A stretch of DNA of 64,000 nucleotides from Mobula birostris (taxonomy: Eukaryota): NCBI RefSeq assembly GCF_030028105.1, contig NC_092376.1, forward strand, positions 91,572,230 through 91,636,229, written 5' to 3'. Each line of letters begins with the position of its first letter. Within the stretch, counting starts at the first letter, position 1. Under the pieces are notes generated by a model. It had not been told where the DNA came from and ran no database searches. It saw only the letters and a list, made by a program, of their open reading frames with translations. Both the position numbers and the translations under genes were made by a program. Below, in pieces: positions 49,730 to 61,985 of this stretch.

Positions 49730-50750
49730 GGCATAGGAGCAACATTCTGCCATTGAATCTACACCACCATTTGATCCTGGCTAATTTATTGTTCTCTCTT
49801 AAGCCTTTTCTCTCTTACTAATCAAGAACCTATCAACCTTTGCTTTAATTTTACCCAATGAGTGGTCTCCACGGCAATAGCTGGCAATGAATTCCACAGA
49901 GTTATTTTCTGTTTGTTTCCAAAAGTTTCCTCGTCCTCTAGCTTCCTGCTCATTTTTGCAGTATTGTATATCATTGCTTTTGCTTTTATGCTTTCTTTGA
50001 CTTCCTTTGTCAGCCACTGTTGCCTCATCCTCCCTTTAGAATGCTGGAGCGAAATAATGTTCTGTCTTCTGAATTACTCCCAGAAACCCCTGCCATTGCT
50101 GCTCTACCAACATCCTTGCTAAGATCCCTTTCTGTCTATCTTTGGCCAGCTGCTCTCTTATGCTTCTGTAGTCACCTTTACTCAAACTAATGCCAGTGCA
50201 TCTAATTTCATCATCTCCATCTCAAATTACAGGTTGAATTCTATCATGAGCACAGCCTTCTAATCAAATCTGGTTCATTGCAGATCAACAAATATCTAGT
50301 GGGGTCAACCAGAGCTGTTCTAAAAATCCATCTCATAGGCATTCTACAAATAATTTCTCTTGGGATCCAGTGCCAATCTGATTTTCCCAGTCTACCTGCC
50401 CATTGAAGACCCCCATGTCACCATAACATTGCCTTTCTTACATGCCTTTTCTATCTCCTATTGTAATTTGCACCTCATATCCTGGCTACTATTGGAAGCC
50501 TGTATATTTAGACTCCCATCAGGATCTTTTTACCCTTGCAGTTTCTTAAATTTACCCACAAAAATTCTACATGTTCTGATCTTTTGTCACTTCTTACTCT
50601 GGATTTTTTTTTTAACCAGCAGGGTTATCTTTTGCCCACCTTTTTGATGGGATCTATACCTTTGGTGTGATCTTTCTACCGCAGCTCTGTGATGCGCATA
50701 ACATCCTACTTTCCAGTTCCACACTGTCCTATAAGATCATGCACCTTATT
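49730..50750 (-). mobile_element. Decayed CR1 fragments
   Basis: WLTKEVKESIKAK and LWNSLP motifs, plus endonuclease remnants. Confidence 0.7.
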
Positions 50751-51269
50751 TCATATTAACTGCAGAAAGCAATGCATAGAATGGCCACACAGTTGATACT
50801 GTTGTATGATCAAATTAGGTGAAATTCAAAGTGTAGAAAAGGAAAACTGGAGACGTTTTAATAAAATATATTTTGGCTGGCTGACCAATAGATTTTAAAC
50901 CAGAGAAAGGGAAGCTTAATACAGCTGAAAAGCTTAATTTCAACATGATTGCATGGCAGCAACTGCCACATAAGCTTTAAAATTAAAAATCAACTGGATG
51001 CTGCAGGTGCAAGGAGGGATTTTTACTTAGCTAAAAATGAATTTCCATCAACTTATGAAGCAACCTGACTATTTTTAAATGCAGTACAGTGCAAGTTCTA
51101 TTGCATATTCATCAGATGAAACTTTTTTTTACAGGATAGTTTAGAGATATGTAGTGGAGATATTAAAAAGAGGGTTCCATTGACATTAATTAGTCTTGTC
51201 CTTGTTATCCGCAAGAGGTGTGGACATGGATTCCTTGCAGATAACAAAGAATGCAATTTTTTTTTATTG

Positions 51270-51920
51270 ACAATGGAGTATAGGAACAGACCCATCAATC
51301 CACAGTGACATCGCACATGATGTCAAATTAAACTAATCCCTTCTGCCTAAACATAATCCATATCCCTCCATTCTTTGGATATTCCTGTGCCTATTTGAAG
51401 GCTTCTGAATATCACCATAATATCTGCTTCCATTACAACCACTCGCAGTATATTACACATGCTTACCTGCTGCTCTGTGTAAAAAGAAAAATAAACTTGC
51501 CCTGCATGTCCCCTTTACACTTTACCCAACTTAATTTAAAGCAATGCTACTCTGGGAAAAGATTCTGGCTCTCTACCCTATCTAAACCTTTCAGAATCAT
51601 ACCAACTTCTAGCAGGTGTCCCCTCAGCATCTGATACTCCAGAAGAAACAATCCAAGTTTACTCAACCTTCTCTTGTAGTTAATATCCTCTAATCCAAAC
51701 AGCATACTGGTAAACCTTTTCTGAACTTCCGTCAAAGCTGCCACAATCTTCCCGTAATTGGGCGACCAGAACTGCAAACAATTGCAGCTGACGTCCTGAT
51801 TCCTAAATGCCAAGCCCTCATAAGTGTGTTGTATGTCTTTGTTACCACTCTATCTTTTTACGTTGCTACCTTCAAGTCTGTATGGACTAGGGCCCAAAAT
51901 TACACTGTGTATCAATGCAA
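51270..51920 (-). mobile_element. Old CR1 3' end
   Basis: LQFWSPNY...VQKRFTSML.GLE..NY..RL.KLGLF.LE...LRG.L. Confidence 0.75.
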
Positions 51921-51924
51921 TGTT

Positions 51925-54900
51925 TTTAACAGTCCATTTTGGATACTGTTGTGGGAGATAACCTCCATGGTGAATGCCACGGAGACCAGGTAACTGGCAC
52001 TGAGCATGGATCTGTAGTGCAGAAGGGAAGGAGGGAGAAGAGGGACTGAATAGTCAGGGGAAACAGATGAGATTCCATGGATGTGAACGAGATACCCAGA
52101 TGGTATATTGCCTCCCAGCTGCCAGGGTCAGGGATGTTGAGGAGGATAGCATCCACAGTATTTTGGAGGGAGAGCAGCCAGATGTCTTGGACCATATTTG
52201 TACGAATGACATAGAAGGAAAAGCAAAGTCTTGAAAAGAGTATTTGGGAAAACTAGGTATTTAAGAAGCTGAGAAGCTGGTCCCCCAGGGTAGTAATTTC
52301 TAGATTGCTGTCTGTGCCATGCGCCAGTCGGGTAGAAATAGGATGAAATGGCAGATTAATTTGTGGCTGAGAAGCTGGTGCAGGGGGCAGGGCTTCAGGA
52401 TCTTGGATCATTGGAATCTCTTCTGGGGGAGATATGATCTGTACAAAAGTGATGGTTGCACCTGAACCTGAGGAGGACCCGTATTCTCACGGGCAGGTTT
52501 GTTAGAGCTGCCTGGGAGGGTTTAAACTAACTAACATGGGGCTGTGAACCAGAGTGAATGGACTCAGGATATGATGGATAGTTTAAAAGCAAAGTATGCA
52601 GTCAGACTGTCAGGAAGGGCAGGCAGATGATAGGAAAAAATTGCAGCCAGCAGGGATGCGAAATCAAAAAAAGTAGCAAATACAGTACTCAAAGTGTTAT
52701 ATCTCAATGCATGGAGTATAAGAAATAAGATGGGTGATCTTGTTGCACTATTTCAGATTGTCAGGTATGATATTGTGACCATCAATGAATCGTGGCTGAA
52801 GAATGGTTGTAGCTGGGAGCTGAATGTCCAAGGTTTTGTGTTGTATCGGAGAGATAGGAAAGTAGGCAGAGGGGGTGGTGTGGCTGTGCTGGAGAAGAAT
52901 AGCACCAAGTCAGTAGAAAGATATGACATGGGATTGGAAGATGTTGGGTCATTGTGGGTTGAGTTAAGAAACTGCAAGGTTAAAAGGACCCTGACTGCAG
53001 TTATATACAGGCCCGCCAACAGTAGCTGGGATGTGGACCACAGATTACAAAGCGAAAAAGAAAAGACATGTCAAAAGGGCAATATATGATAGTCATGGGA
53101 GATTTCAACATGCAGGTCAATTGGGAAAATCAGGTTAGCAACGGCTCTCAAGAGTGTGAGTTTGTTGATTGCTTACAAGATGGTTTTTTAGAGCAATTTG
53201 TTGTTGAGCCTACTAAGGAATCAGCTCTACTGGATTGGATGTTATGTAATGAACATAGGGAACTTAAGGTAAAGTAACCCTTAGGAGTCAATGATCACAA
53301 CGTGATTAAGTTCAACTTGAAATTTGATAGGGGGAAAGTAAAGTCTGACGCAGCACTATTTCAGTGGAGTAAAGGAAATTACAGTGGTATGAGAGAGAAG
53401 TTGGCTGAAGTAAGTTGGAAGGAGATGCTGGCAGGGATGACAGCAGAGCAACGATGGTGTGAGTTTCTGGGAAAAAATGAGGAAGGTGTAGGATAGGTGA
53501 GTTCCAATAACAAAGAAATACACAAATGGCAAAATAATACAACCATGGCTGACAAGGGAAGTCAAAGCTAATATAAAAGCAAAAGAGAGGGCATGCAACA
53601 TAGCATAATTTAGTAGGAAGTCAGAGGATTGGGAAGTGTTTAAAAGCCTACAGAGAGCAACAAAAAGAATCATTAGGAGTGAAAGATGAGAGTGGATACA
53701 GGACCACTAGAAAATGAGGCCGATGAAATAATAAAAGGGGAAAAGGAGATGGCAGATGAACTAAATGAGTATTTTGTGTCAGTCTTCACTGGAAGGCACT
53801 AGCACTGTGCCAGATGCTGAATGCTGTGAGGTAAGAGAGGTGAGTGTAGTGACTGTTACAAGGGAGAAGGTGCTCAAAAAGGAACATAAGTCACCGGAAG
53901 CAGAGGAGCTGCATCCTCAAGTTCTGTACGAGGTAGCGTTAGAGATTGTGGAGGCATTAGTAATGATCTTTCAAAAATCATTGGACTCTGGCATGGTGCC
54001 AGAGGACTGGAAAATTGCAAATGTCACTCCACTCTTTAAGAATGGAGGAAGACAGCAAAAAGGAAATTATAGACCAGTTAGCCAGACCTCAGTGGTTGTG
54101 ATGATGTTGGAGTCAATTAGTAAGGATGAGGTTATGGAGTACTTGGTGACACAGGACAAGATAGGATAAACTCAGCATAGTTTCCTTATGGGAAAATCTA
54201 CCTGATCAACCTGTTAGAATTCTTTGAGGAGATTACACGTAGGATAGATAAAGGGGATGCAGTGGATTTTGTATATGTGGACTTTCAAAACCCTTGACAA
54301 GGTGCCACACATGAGGCTGCTTACCAAGAGAAGAGCATGGTATTACAGGAAAGTTACTGGCATGGTTAGAGCATTGGTTGATTGGTAGGAGATAGTGAGG
54401 GGGAAATGAAAGGATTCTTTTCTGGTTGGCTGCCAGTGACTAGTGGTGTTCCGTTGGGGTCGGTGTTGGGACCGCTTCTTTTTATGCTGTATATCAATGA
54501 TTTAGATGTTGGAATAGATGGCTGTGTTGCCAAGTCTGCAGATGATACAAAGATTGGTGGAGGGGCAGGTAGCGTTGAAGTAACACTAGAAGAACTACAG
54601 AAAGACTTAGAAAGATCAGGAGAATGGGCAAGAAAGAAGCAAATGAAATGCAATGATGGAAAATGCATGGTCGTGCACTTTGGTAGTAGAAGTAAATGTT
54701 CAGACTTTTCTAAATGGGGAGAAAATCCAAAAATCTGAGATGCAAAGGAACTTGGGAGTCGTTGTGCTGAACACCCTGAAGGTTACTTTGAAGGTACAGT
54801 TGGTGGTGAGGAAGGCAAATGCAGTGTTAGTATTCATTACAAGCAGTCTAGAATACAAGAGAAGGAATGTGATGCTGAGGCCTCACCTTGAGTACTGTGA

Positions 54901-55370
54901 AGAATTTTGGGCTCTTCATCAAAGAAAAGATGTGCTGGCATTGGAGAGGGTTCAGAAGAGGTTCACAAGGATGATTCTGAGAATGAAAGGGTTATCATAC
55001 AAGGTATGTTTGGATAACTCTGGGCCTGTACTCGCTGGAATTTCATAGGATGAGAGTGGCTCTCATTGAAACCTTTCAAATATTGAAAGGCCTGGACAGA
55101 GTAGGTGTGGAAAGGATGCTTCCCATACTGGGGAGTCTAGGACAAGGGCACACAGTCTCAGGATAGAGAGATGTCTATTTAAAACAGAGATGCTGAGAAA
55201 TTTCTTTAGCCGGAGGGTGGTAAATTTGTGGAATTTGTTACCACAGGTAGCTGTGTAGGCCAGGGAGTGGGGCTGAGGAGGGAGAAAAGGATCAGCCATG
55301 CTTGAATAGCAGAGCTGACTCGATGGGCTAAATAGCCCAATTCTGCTCCCTTGTCTTGTGGTCTGATGGC
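51925..55370 (+). mobile_element. CR1 LINE from ORF1 esterase through ORF2 to 3' tail, degenerate
   Basis: Esterase remnant at 51925-52530, LYLNAWSIRNK endonuclease, RT motifs at 53765-55048, and 3' tail at ~55340-55370. Confidence 0.9.
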
Positions 55371-55669
55371 CTTATCTGTATCTGTATAGTTACAGATATT
55401 CCAAAGGCTTTTTTTAATCCAATATGACTGCAAATAATTTAATATTAGCTAATATTATTAGAAAGCTCAGCAGAGAAGTGGGCAATACAGCTCCAAACAT
55501 CTATGCTGATCACAATGCGTAACTTTGCTAATGCCCTTCATCTGCATTAGGCTCAGATCCTACTGCACTTTCCTCACCAATCTCCCTTTAAAGCAGGGTC
55601 CCCAGCCTGGGGCCACGGACCCCTCACTCAATGGTATTAGTCCATGGCAGCAAACAGGTGGAACCTCCA

Positions 55670-57250
55670 TTGTATTAGCCTTTTCCACCTTCTCTGGCAA
55701 TTCATTTCATATTACTTCTGTCCTCTCAATCTAAAAACGTAATCCTCAGATTTCCTTTAAATTTCTTACCTCTAACAGTACTTTAAGCATGTGGACTCCA
55801 GATTTAGACTTCCCCATCCTGGAAGAAAAAAGACTGTTTGCTTTATCCATTGTGTGCCTCTCATAATGTAATTAATGCACTCAATTATGTAAATATCTAT
55901 CAGGTCGCTCCTCTGCATCCTCCACTGCAATGAGACTAAACCTAGTCTATCTGCCCTATCTATAGCCCTGCATTCCAGGCAACATTCTCAACAATATTTT
56001 GTTGCTACATCCACATCCTTAAGTGTGGCAGCCAGAACTGTCCACGATACAGGTGCAATCTAACCAGTATTTTGTGTGGCTGTAACATAACTTCCTAAAT
56101 CTTGTACTCAATGCCCAGCCAATGAAGGCAAGCATGCTGAATGCTTCATTCATGACTCTCTCCAACTGTGTTTCCATTTTCAGGGAGCTATGAACTTACA
56201 CCTCAAAGCATCTCTGTACATCAAAATTCCTGATCTCCCTGCCACTTACTCTATATGTTCTGCCTATATTTGATATCCCAAAATACATTTCTTCAAACTT
56301 GTCTCCACCTATCATTTCACCCAATTTTCCAGCTAATTTCTTTCTGGTTATCCTTAGACAAACTTCTTTACTATCTACAGCTCCTCCCATATTTGTAACT
56401 TTGGCATAATCAGATCACATCTGCTTTCATTCAAGTAATTTATGTATATCACAAACAACTAAGGTCTCAGCAGCAATCCCCACAGTACACACTTCCAAGT
56501 GCTCTTGACAATTTCCCTCTGCCTCCTGTCATCAAGTCAATTTTGAATCCAGTTTGGCAACACAACTTGGATCCCATATGATTTCAACTGGAAAATTTAC
56601 CTGGACCTTGTTAAAGCCTTACCAAAGTCTATATTTACTATGAATACTACTCTGTCTTCAGTTTTCTTAGTAAAAAAATTGAAAGACGGGATCCCCCCCA
56701 CACAAAACCATGCAGACTGTCCCAAATGTGTCTCTGCCTTTCCAAGTATATGTAATTACTCTTCATTAGAATTGTTTTCTGGTAATTTCCTTACCACGAT
56801 GTAAGGATTACTGGCCTGGTGGTTTCCTGGTTTGTTTACACTAACCTTTTTCAATAAGGGAACAACATTTGCTATATTATGTCATCTGAAGCTATCAATG
56901 AAATAATCCCCTCCCTTCCTTCCCATAGCATCCTGGAATAGATCCCATCAGGCATTGGGGATTTAGCCACCTTAATGTATGCCGGTACCTAACACCCTTC
57001 CTGATGTAAGCATATTCTAGGATATCAACTCACCTCCCCCCATAACTCTCCAGCCTTCACATCTTTCTCCCTGGTGATAAAATGACAAGTATGCACTCAT
57101 ATCCCTGGTCTGACACACAGATTCCTCCCTTGATCCTTGAATGCTCCTACCCTTTCCCTTGCTGAACTCTTATTTGTAATATGTATATAAAAGTTATGAT
57201 TATTCTCCTTAATCTGCTTGCCAAGGCCATTTCATCTCCCCTTTAGGGCC
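55670..57250 (-). mobile_element. Old CR1 RT and 3' remnants
   Basis: MGGAVDSKE.CLR and other decayed RT motifs. Confidence 0.6.
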
Positions 57251-58031
57251 TCCTTGCTTTCACTTCACTTCTCTATCCCCCATAAACTTTAATAAATACG
57301 TTGAAATCATTAAAAAACCTAAAGTTAGCAATATTAGCCAGTGAACTACGTCAAAGTCTGGAAGTCACATGATTCAGCATGTGACTCTGAATGCTGGTTC
57401 CCATGGTCCCATCCACTGATGGGGCCCGGCTTCTTGTGCTCTTTCATTTACTGGGTGCTGAGTTCTCTTGCTCTCTTCCAAATTGGAAGGACTCTGATTC
57501 CCTCGCGCCGTTCATTCACTGGGACTTGGCTCTCTTAATTCGTTTAAACTCACCTGATAATATTTCCCCCACTTCCTTGAAATATGAGTGGAAAATGTAT
57601 GATTCTACTTTGTAACATCTTGAAAAACATTTATTAAAAGTGGGTATTTACACAATAGGCTTTAATTAAATTAAATACTCTCCCCCACGCGCAAAACAAA
57701 ATTGCACAAACGGCAACCAAAAAAACAAGCGAAAACACAAGAATATAAAACAAAATGAAAAGGCGTATTTCAGTAAGGAACAGTTCAGCTCAGTGTTTAT
57801 TATTTGCAGGTGGCCCTGATTCAAAAATTTCCCAAAAGTAGTAAAAAAAGAGCGACCGGAACAAGAACTAGAAGCTAGAACACATCATAAACCTGAATTA
57901 GAGTCCAAATCTACAGCCTGCGTTGATTAAACCTTGCTCCAGTGCCATCTGCCAACAGCATTGTGGGAGAGAGAGAGAGATCACTCAAACGCAAGAACCT
58001 TCCCTCGGGAGCAGCGAGAGAGACCACGACT

Positions 58032-58225
58032 ACACACACAAGGTTCTGCAGATGCTGGAAATCTAGAGCAGTACGTGCAATGTGCTGAAGGAGTTCAGCA
58101 GGTCAGGCAGCATCTAAGGATGGGAATAAACAGCTGATGCTTTGGGCTGAGACCCTTCATCATGAAGGATCTTGGCCTGAAACGTCAACTGTTTATTCCC
58201 TGAGCTCCTTCAGCACATTGTATGC
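58032..58225. mobile_element. Older PLE-terminus fold-back
   Basis: Same terminus as 20261. Arms are centred on CTTCAT-C-ATGAAG (58161). Outer arms are CAATGTGCTGAAGGAG and CTCCTTCAGCACATTG. Confidence 0.8.
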
Positions 58226-58530
58226 ATTAACCCATAATTTTACATACTTCAAATATGTCCTCTCTCCTCTCAAACTCCTTCAATCCAGGGAAAACAGACT
58301 TAGCGTCTCCATTCTCTTCTCATACCTGAAATGATCCATCCCAAGCAAAATCCCTGGAAAACCCCACTGATTTCAGGGAAGACTTAGGATTGTTATGAGG
58401 AAAAAGAGGTAAATTAATATTTTATTCTATTTCACTTTATTATTGTTAATTGTTAGTCCATTTAGAGATATTAGAAATAGACACACTTATACTTTTGTAG
58501 CCGTAAAGGCGAGGAATGAAGCTTTCCCAG

Positions 58531-59268
58531 GTAAGACATAGGAGCAAAATTATTTTTCTTCTCAACCCATTCTTCTGTCTTCTCCCCGTAGTCTTTGATG
58601 ACCTTACTAATCAATAGCCTGTTGGTCTCTGCTTTAAAGATACCCAATGACTTGGTGTCCATAGCTCTGTGTGGCAATGAATTTCACAGTTTTACCATCC
58701 TCTGGCTAAAGAATTTGGCATCTCATCTCTGTTCTAAAGGGGCATCCTTCTATTCTGAGGCTATGTCCTTTGGTCCTGGACTCCCCCGCTATAGGAAGTG
58801 TCCTCTGCATTTGTGTTGGGCACGTGGCCAAGTGGTTAAGGTGTTCCTCTAGTGATCTGAAGGTCGCTAGTTCGAGCTTCAGCTGTGGCAGCGTGTCTGT
58901 GTCCTTGAGCAAGGCACTTAACCTCACATTGTTCTGGTGTCTGTGCGAGGAGTAGCGCCCCACACAGACTTCCAATCTGCGACTTGTAAGGCATGAAAAT
59001 GCCCAACGCAGTCCTCTCATAGTCTGAGCCAACATTCCCTCCTCCCCCTCCATATGTACTCTATCTTGGCATTTTAATATCCTATAGATGTCAATGAAAT
59101 CCCTTTCATTCTTCTAAATTCTAGTGAGTACAGGCCCAGAGTCATCAAATGCTCCTCAAGCATTAATTTTTCATTCCTCAGGTCATTCTCCTGGATCTCT
59201 GGATCTTCCCCAACGTCAGCACCTCCTTTCTTGGAAATGGGGCCGAAAACTTCTCACAGTACTCCAAA
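58531..59268 (-). mobile_element. CR1 3' end interrupted by a SINE
   Basis: GESRTKGHSLRIEGCPFRTEMR and LGIFKAETNRLLISK. Confidence 0.8.
58815..59050 (+). mobile_element. tRNA-derived SINE with CORE-like segment
   Basis: A-box TGGCCAAGTGG, B-box GTTCGAGCT, then GTGTCCTTGAGCAAGGCACTTAACCTC. The head is shared with 4123-4416. Confidence 0.8.
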
Positions 59269-59344
59269 TAATTTTTCAATGTAACAATGAAACAATAAAT
59301 TATATTTTATTTTTCATTTCATGTTAGTACATTCAGTAATTAGT

Positions 59345-59620
59345 TAGAAGGTATAGGGTAGTGTAGTGGTACAGTACAGATGACCCAGGTTCAATTTCTG
59401 ATGCTGTCTGTAAGGAGTTTGTACCTTCCCCCCGTAACCACGTCGGTATCTCCCAGGTGCTCCAGTTTCTTCCCACAGTCCAAGGACATACCAGTTGGTA
59501 GGATAATTGGTCATTGTAAACTGTCTTGTGATTAGGCTAGGATTGAATTGTGGGATTGATGGTTGGTGCAGCTTGAAGGCCGAGAAGGGCCTACTCCACA
59601 CTGTATGCCAATCAAGATAG
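59345..59620 (+). mobile_element. V-SINE (HE1-like)
   Basis: GGTGCTCCAGTTTCTTCCCACAGTCCAAGGAC...TAATTGGTCATTGTAAA V-domain. Confidence 0.75.
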
Positions 59621-59823
59621 ATTGATCTGTTTGCCATATGTAGTGGAAAGTGATACAGTAGTATGCACCTCTCTCAGGAGAATCCAATTACTTTTTGTAT
59701 CAATTTTTATACCTTTGGCACCATTATCAAAGGTACACCTGTTGTCTAATCCATAATGTATTTGTCATATTGCCTTTGAAAGTACAATGATGAGTCTTGG
59801 GATATTGATTCAGTGATTCAGTA

Positions 59824-59941
59824 CTGGCTTCAGACAGTAAGGAGAGCTTGCCATTCATGGATGCCTTTATCTATAAATGTCTGTTATGGGCTGGCTTCAG
59901 ACAATAAGGAGAGCTTGCCATTCATGGATGCCTTTATCTAT
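59824..59941. repeat. Direct repeat of 51 bp, period 67
   Basis: CTGGCTTCAGACA(G/A)TAAGGAGAGCTTGCCATTCATGGATGCCTTTATCTAT at 59824 and 59891. Confidence 0.9.
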
Positions 59942-60489
59942 GCTACCCTTTTCTTTCTGGATGTTACAGTCACAGATCTTTGAGGTCCTGATTGTGAATT
60001 GGAGCAATCCCAGTGGTTGCTGTAAATACTGAGTAGGTCAGACAACATATCTTCTAAAGCTTTTGGGAATACTAGATTCCCGGATGCTTTAACAAGATTA
60101 GCCCTTGGATTCAGAGCAGTAAGGATAAACAAGGAAAGGCAGAGGGTTGCGTCCTGGTGAATGTGTAGCTCAGCAGGATCTCATACATTGTCACTACTTC
60201 AGAGACCCACTGACATCCCAAAAGGGGCTGACCCTCCCCAAATATTACAACATTTATAAGAGAAAAGCCACTATACAGAGAATGGCAAATTGAAATATAG
60301 CATAGCATTAAACATCATAGTTACTATTATTAACTGGCTTCTTAGTCTCAAGGTCATCAAAACAAAAGGCAAATCCCTTTTTCCATGGCAAGTTATAGTG
60401 AGAATGAAGATAACTGTCACATCCAATCAATTAAGATCATTCCAAAATGATGAAGAAAGAAAGGTGTTGTAGGCAATAAATAACACAGA

Positions 60490-60690
60490 ACAAGATTGGC
60501 TGGGCAAGTTGGGGAAGTTATATTTGAAGGGAGGAGTCTTCAAAGGAGGTGGAGTTTGTATTAGGAAGAAAGTATCTTGCCGATCAATCATTGTTTAATT
60601 ACAGTTCAAACTGTGCAGCTGTATAATTGTGTGCAAATGCAGAACTTGAAAACTTTACAGAGAAAGTCAACTTTCAGCAAGTGGCAACTA
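60490..60690 (+). promoter_or_regulatory. TNFSF13B: Candidate TNFSF13B proximal promoter
   Basis: Reverse CCAAT (60495), PU.1/ETS-type GGGGAAGT (60511) and IRF-like GAAA half-sites (60648-60667), upstream of exon 1. Confidence 0.4.
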
Positions 60691-60766
60691 TGTGAATAAA
60701 TGTGAAGTTTGCCAAGCTGAACGGACTATTGTGCTGCAGTGGTTGAAAAGTGGATTGAAGATCAAG

Positions 60767-61018
60767 ATGTTACAACAAAGGAAAGAATACCACACAGAAC
60801 ACAGAAAACTGATTTGCTCTGCCTTCATCCTTACTTCTGCAGTTTTCTTGTTGGCCTACATAACCGCAGTAACTCTATGCCAAGTTTGTGCACTACAAGC
60901 AGAAATCTCAGCTCTAAAAGAGGATTTGGGAACGTACAGGTTCCAAAGGGATTACTTACAAGCATTGATGAGGATGAGCAAGGGTGTTTCAACCAACTGG
61001 AACACTTCAGTAAATCAG
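60767..61018 (+). CDS. TNFSF13B: BAFF / TNF ligand superfamily member 13B, coding exon 1 (cytoplasmic tail, TM, stalk)
   Basis: Type II TM LICSAFILTSAVFLLAYITAVTL followed by QVCALQAEISALKEDL, resembling BAFF QVAALQGDLASLRAEL. Phase-0 donor CAG|GTACAG. Syntenic downstream of ABHD13. The start codon is uncertain. Confidence 0.85.
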
Positions 61019-61122
61019 GTACAGCTAATTAAATCCAAAAGAATTGCAATTGCTCAAACCAGATCCCTTACCATCTGTTGTCATATGATGAATATTTTAA
61101 AATTGTATGTTTTGCTTTATAG

Positions 61123-61216
61123 GTCAGTGAATCTCTTGAGAAAAACATGCACAACAGGGAGAAATCAACAGAAAGAAAAAGAATATTTCGAGGAAGAAGA
61201 TCCCTTCTTGAACAAG
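61123..61216 (+). CDS. TNFSF13B: BAFF coding exon 2 with furin site
   Basis: Acceptor TTTGCTTTATAG, in-frame VSESLEKNMHNREKSTERKRIFRGRR|SLLEQ, phase-1 donor AAG|GTTTGT. The TNF-homology exons were not found in the window. Confidence 0.85.
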
Positions 61217-61985
61217 GTTTGTGTGTGCGCATGTGAGATAAGCTTTGGATTTATTCTGTATTCAAAAATTTGCATTTGTGTGGATTGGCAATTTATGTAA
61301 CAGCATTGTCTAAATGTTGTGTTTTAGCAGAAGACTTTTTGTTAGACTTTATTTAGAATAAACCACATTATATTGGAATCAGAACCTCACCCATTTCCAG
61401 ATATGGTCTCTTCCCCATTTTACCCTATCAGGTTTTTTTTAAGTGTTTAAGGAACCTTCAAGTATATGTTTAAAATAAACTAGATATTATTACAAGCTTG
61501 TGGAATATGAATGATTCAGCTAGTGCAAATAAAGTGCATAACATTCCTATTGTCTCCAGAGAGCATTGTCCTGATCAAGATATTGCTTATCTGAAACAAA
61601 TAGTCATACCACTGGCATTACGATGCATTGTATTGTGCCATGGAAAGTTAACTGGTAGTCTGAAATATGATTCAGAGCTTTAAAGTGACTATGTCCATAA
61701 AACTGATTGATTAGTACCTCTCAAGATGGTTCTTAATGTACATTAAGAAACGTTATTCAGTCGATGTTTGCTGACTTTAATTGTGAAAAATGTTTTTGAA
61801 CTCAGATTATACTTGACAAAATAGAAAATTCTACCAGAGAGTAATAGTCTTAGTTCTGTTTATTTTTAAATATAGTAGTTCCCCATTGTGAAGTTCAAAA
61901 TACTTTTCCCTTATTGTGACTCAACAAAACCCTGTAATTCCCCCTGTAGTCCATGGTACTTTTCTAACATTCCAATAAAAATATG

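Noticed and set aside
61019-61300. Single-exon 202-aa protein (ORF 60692-61300)
   Set aside because: Better explained as BAFF exon 1 read through into the intron. Exon 2, with the furin site, is in another frame.
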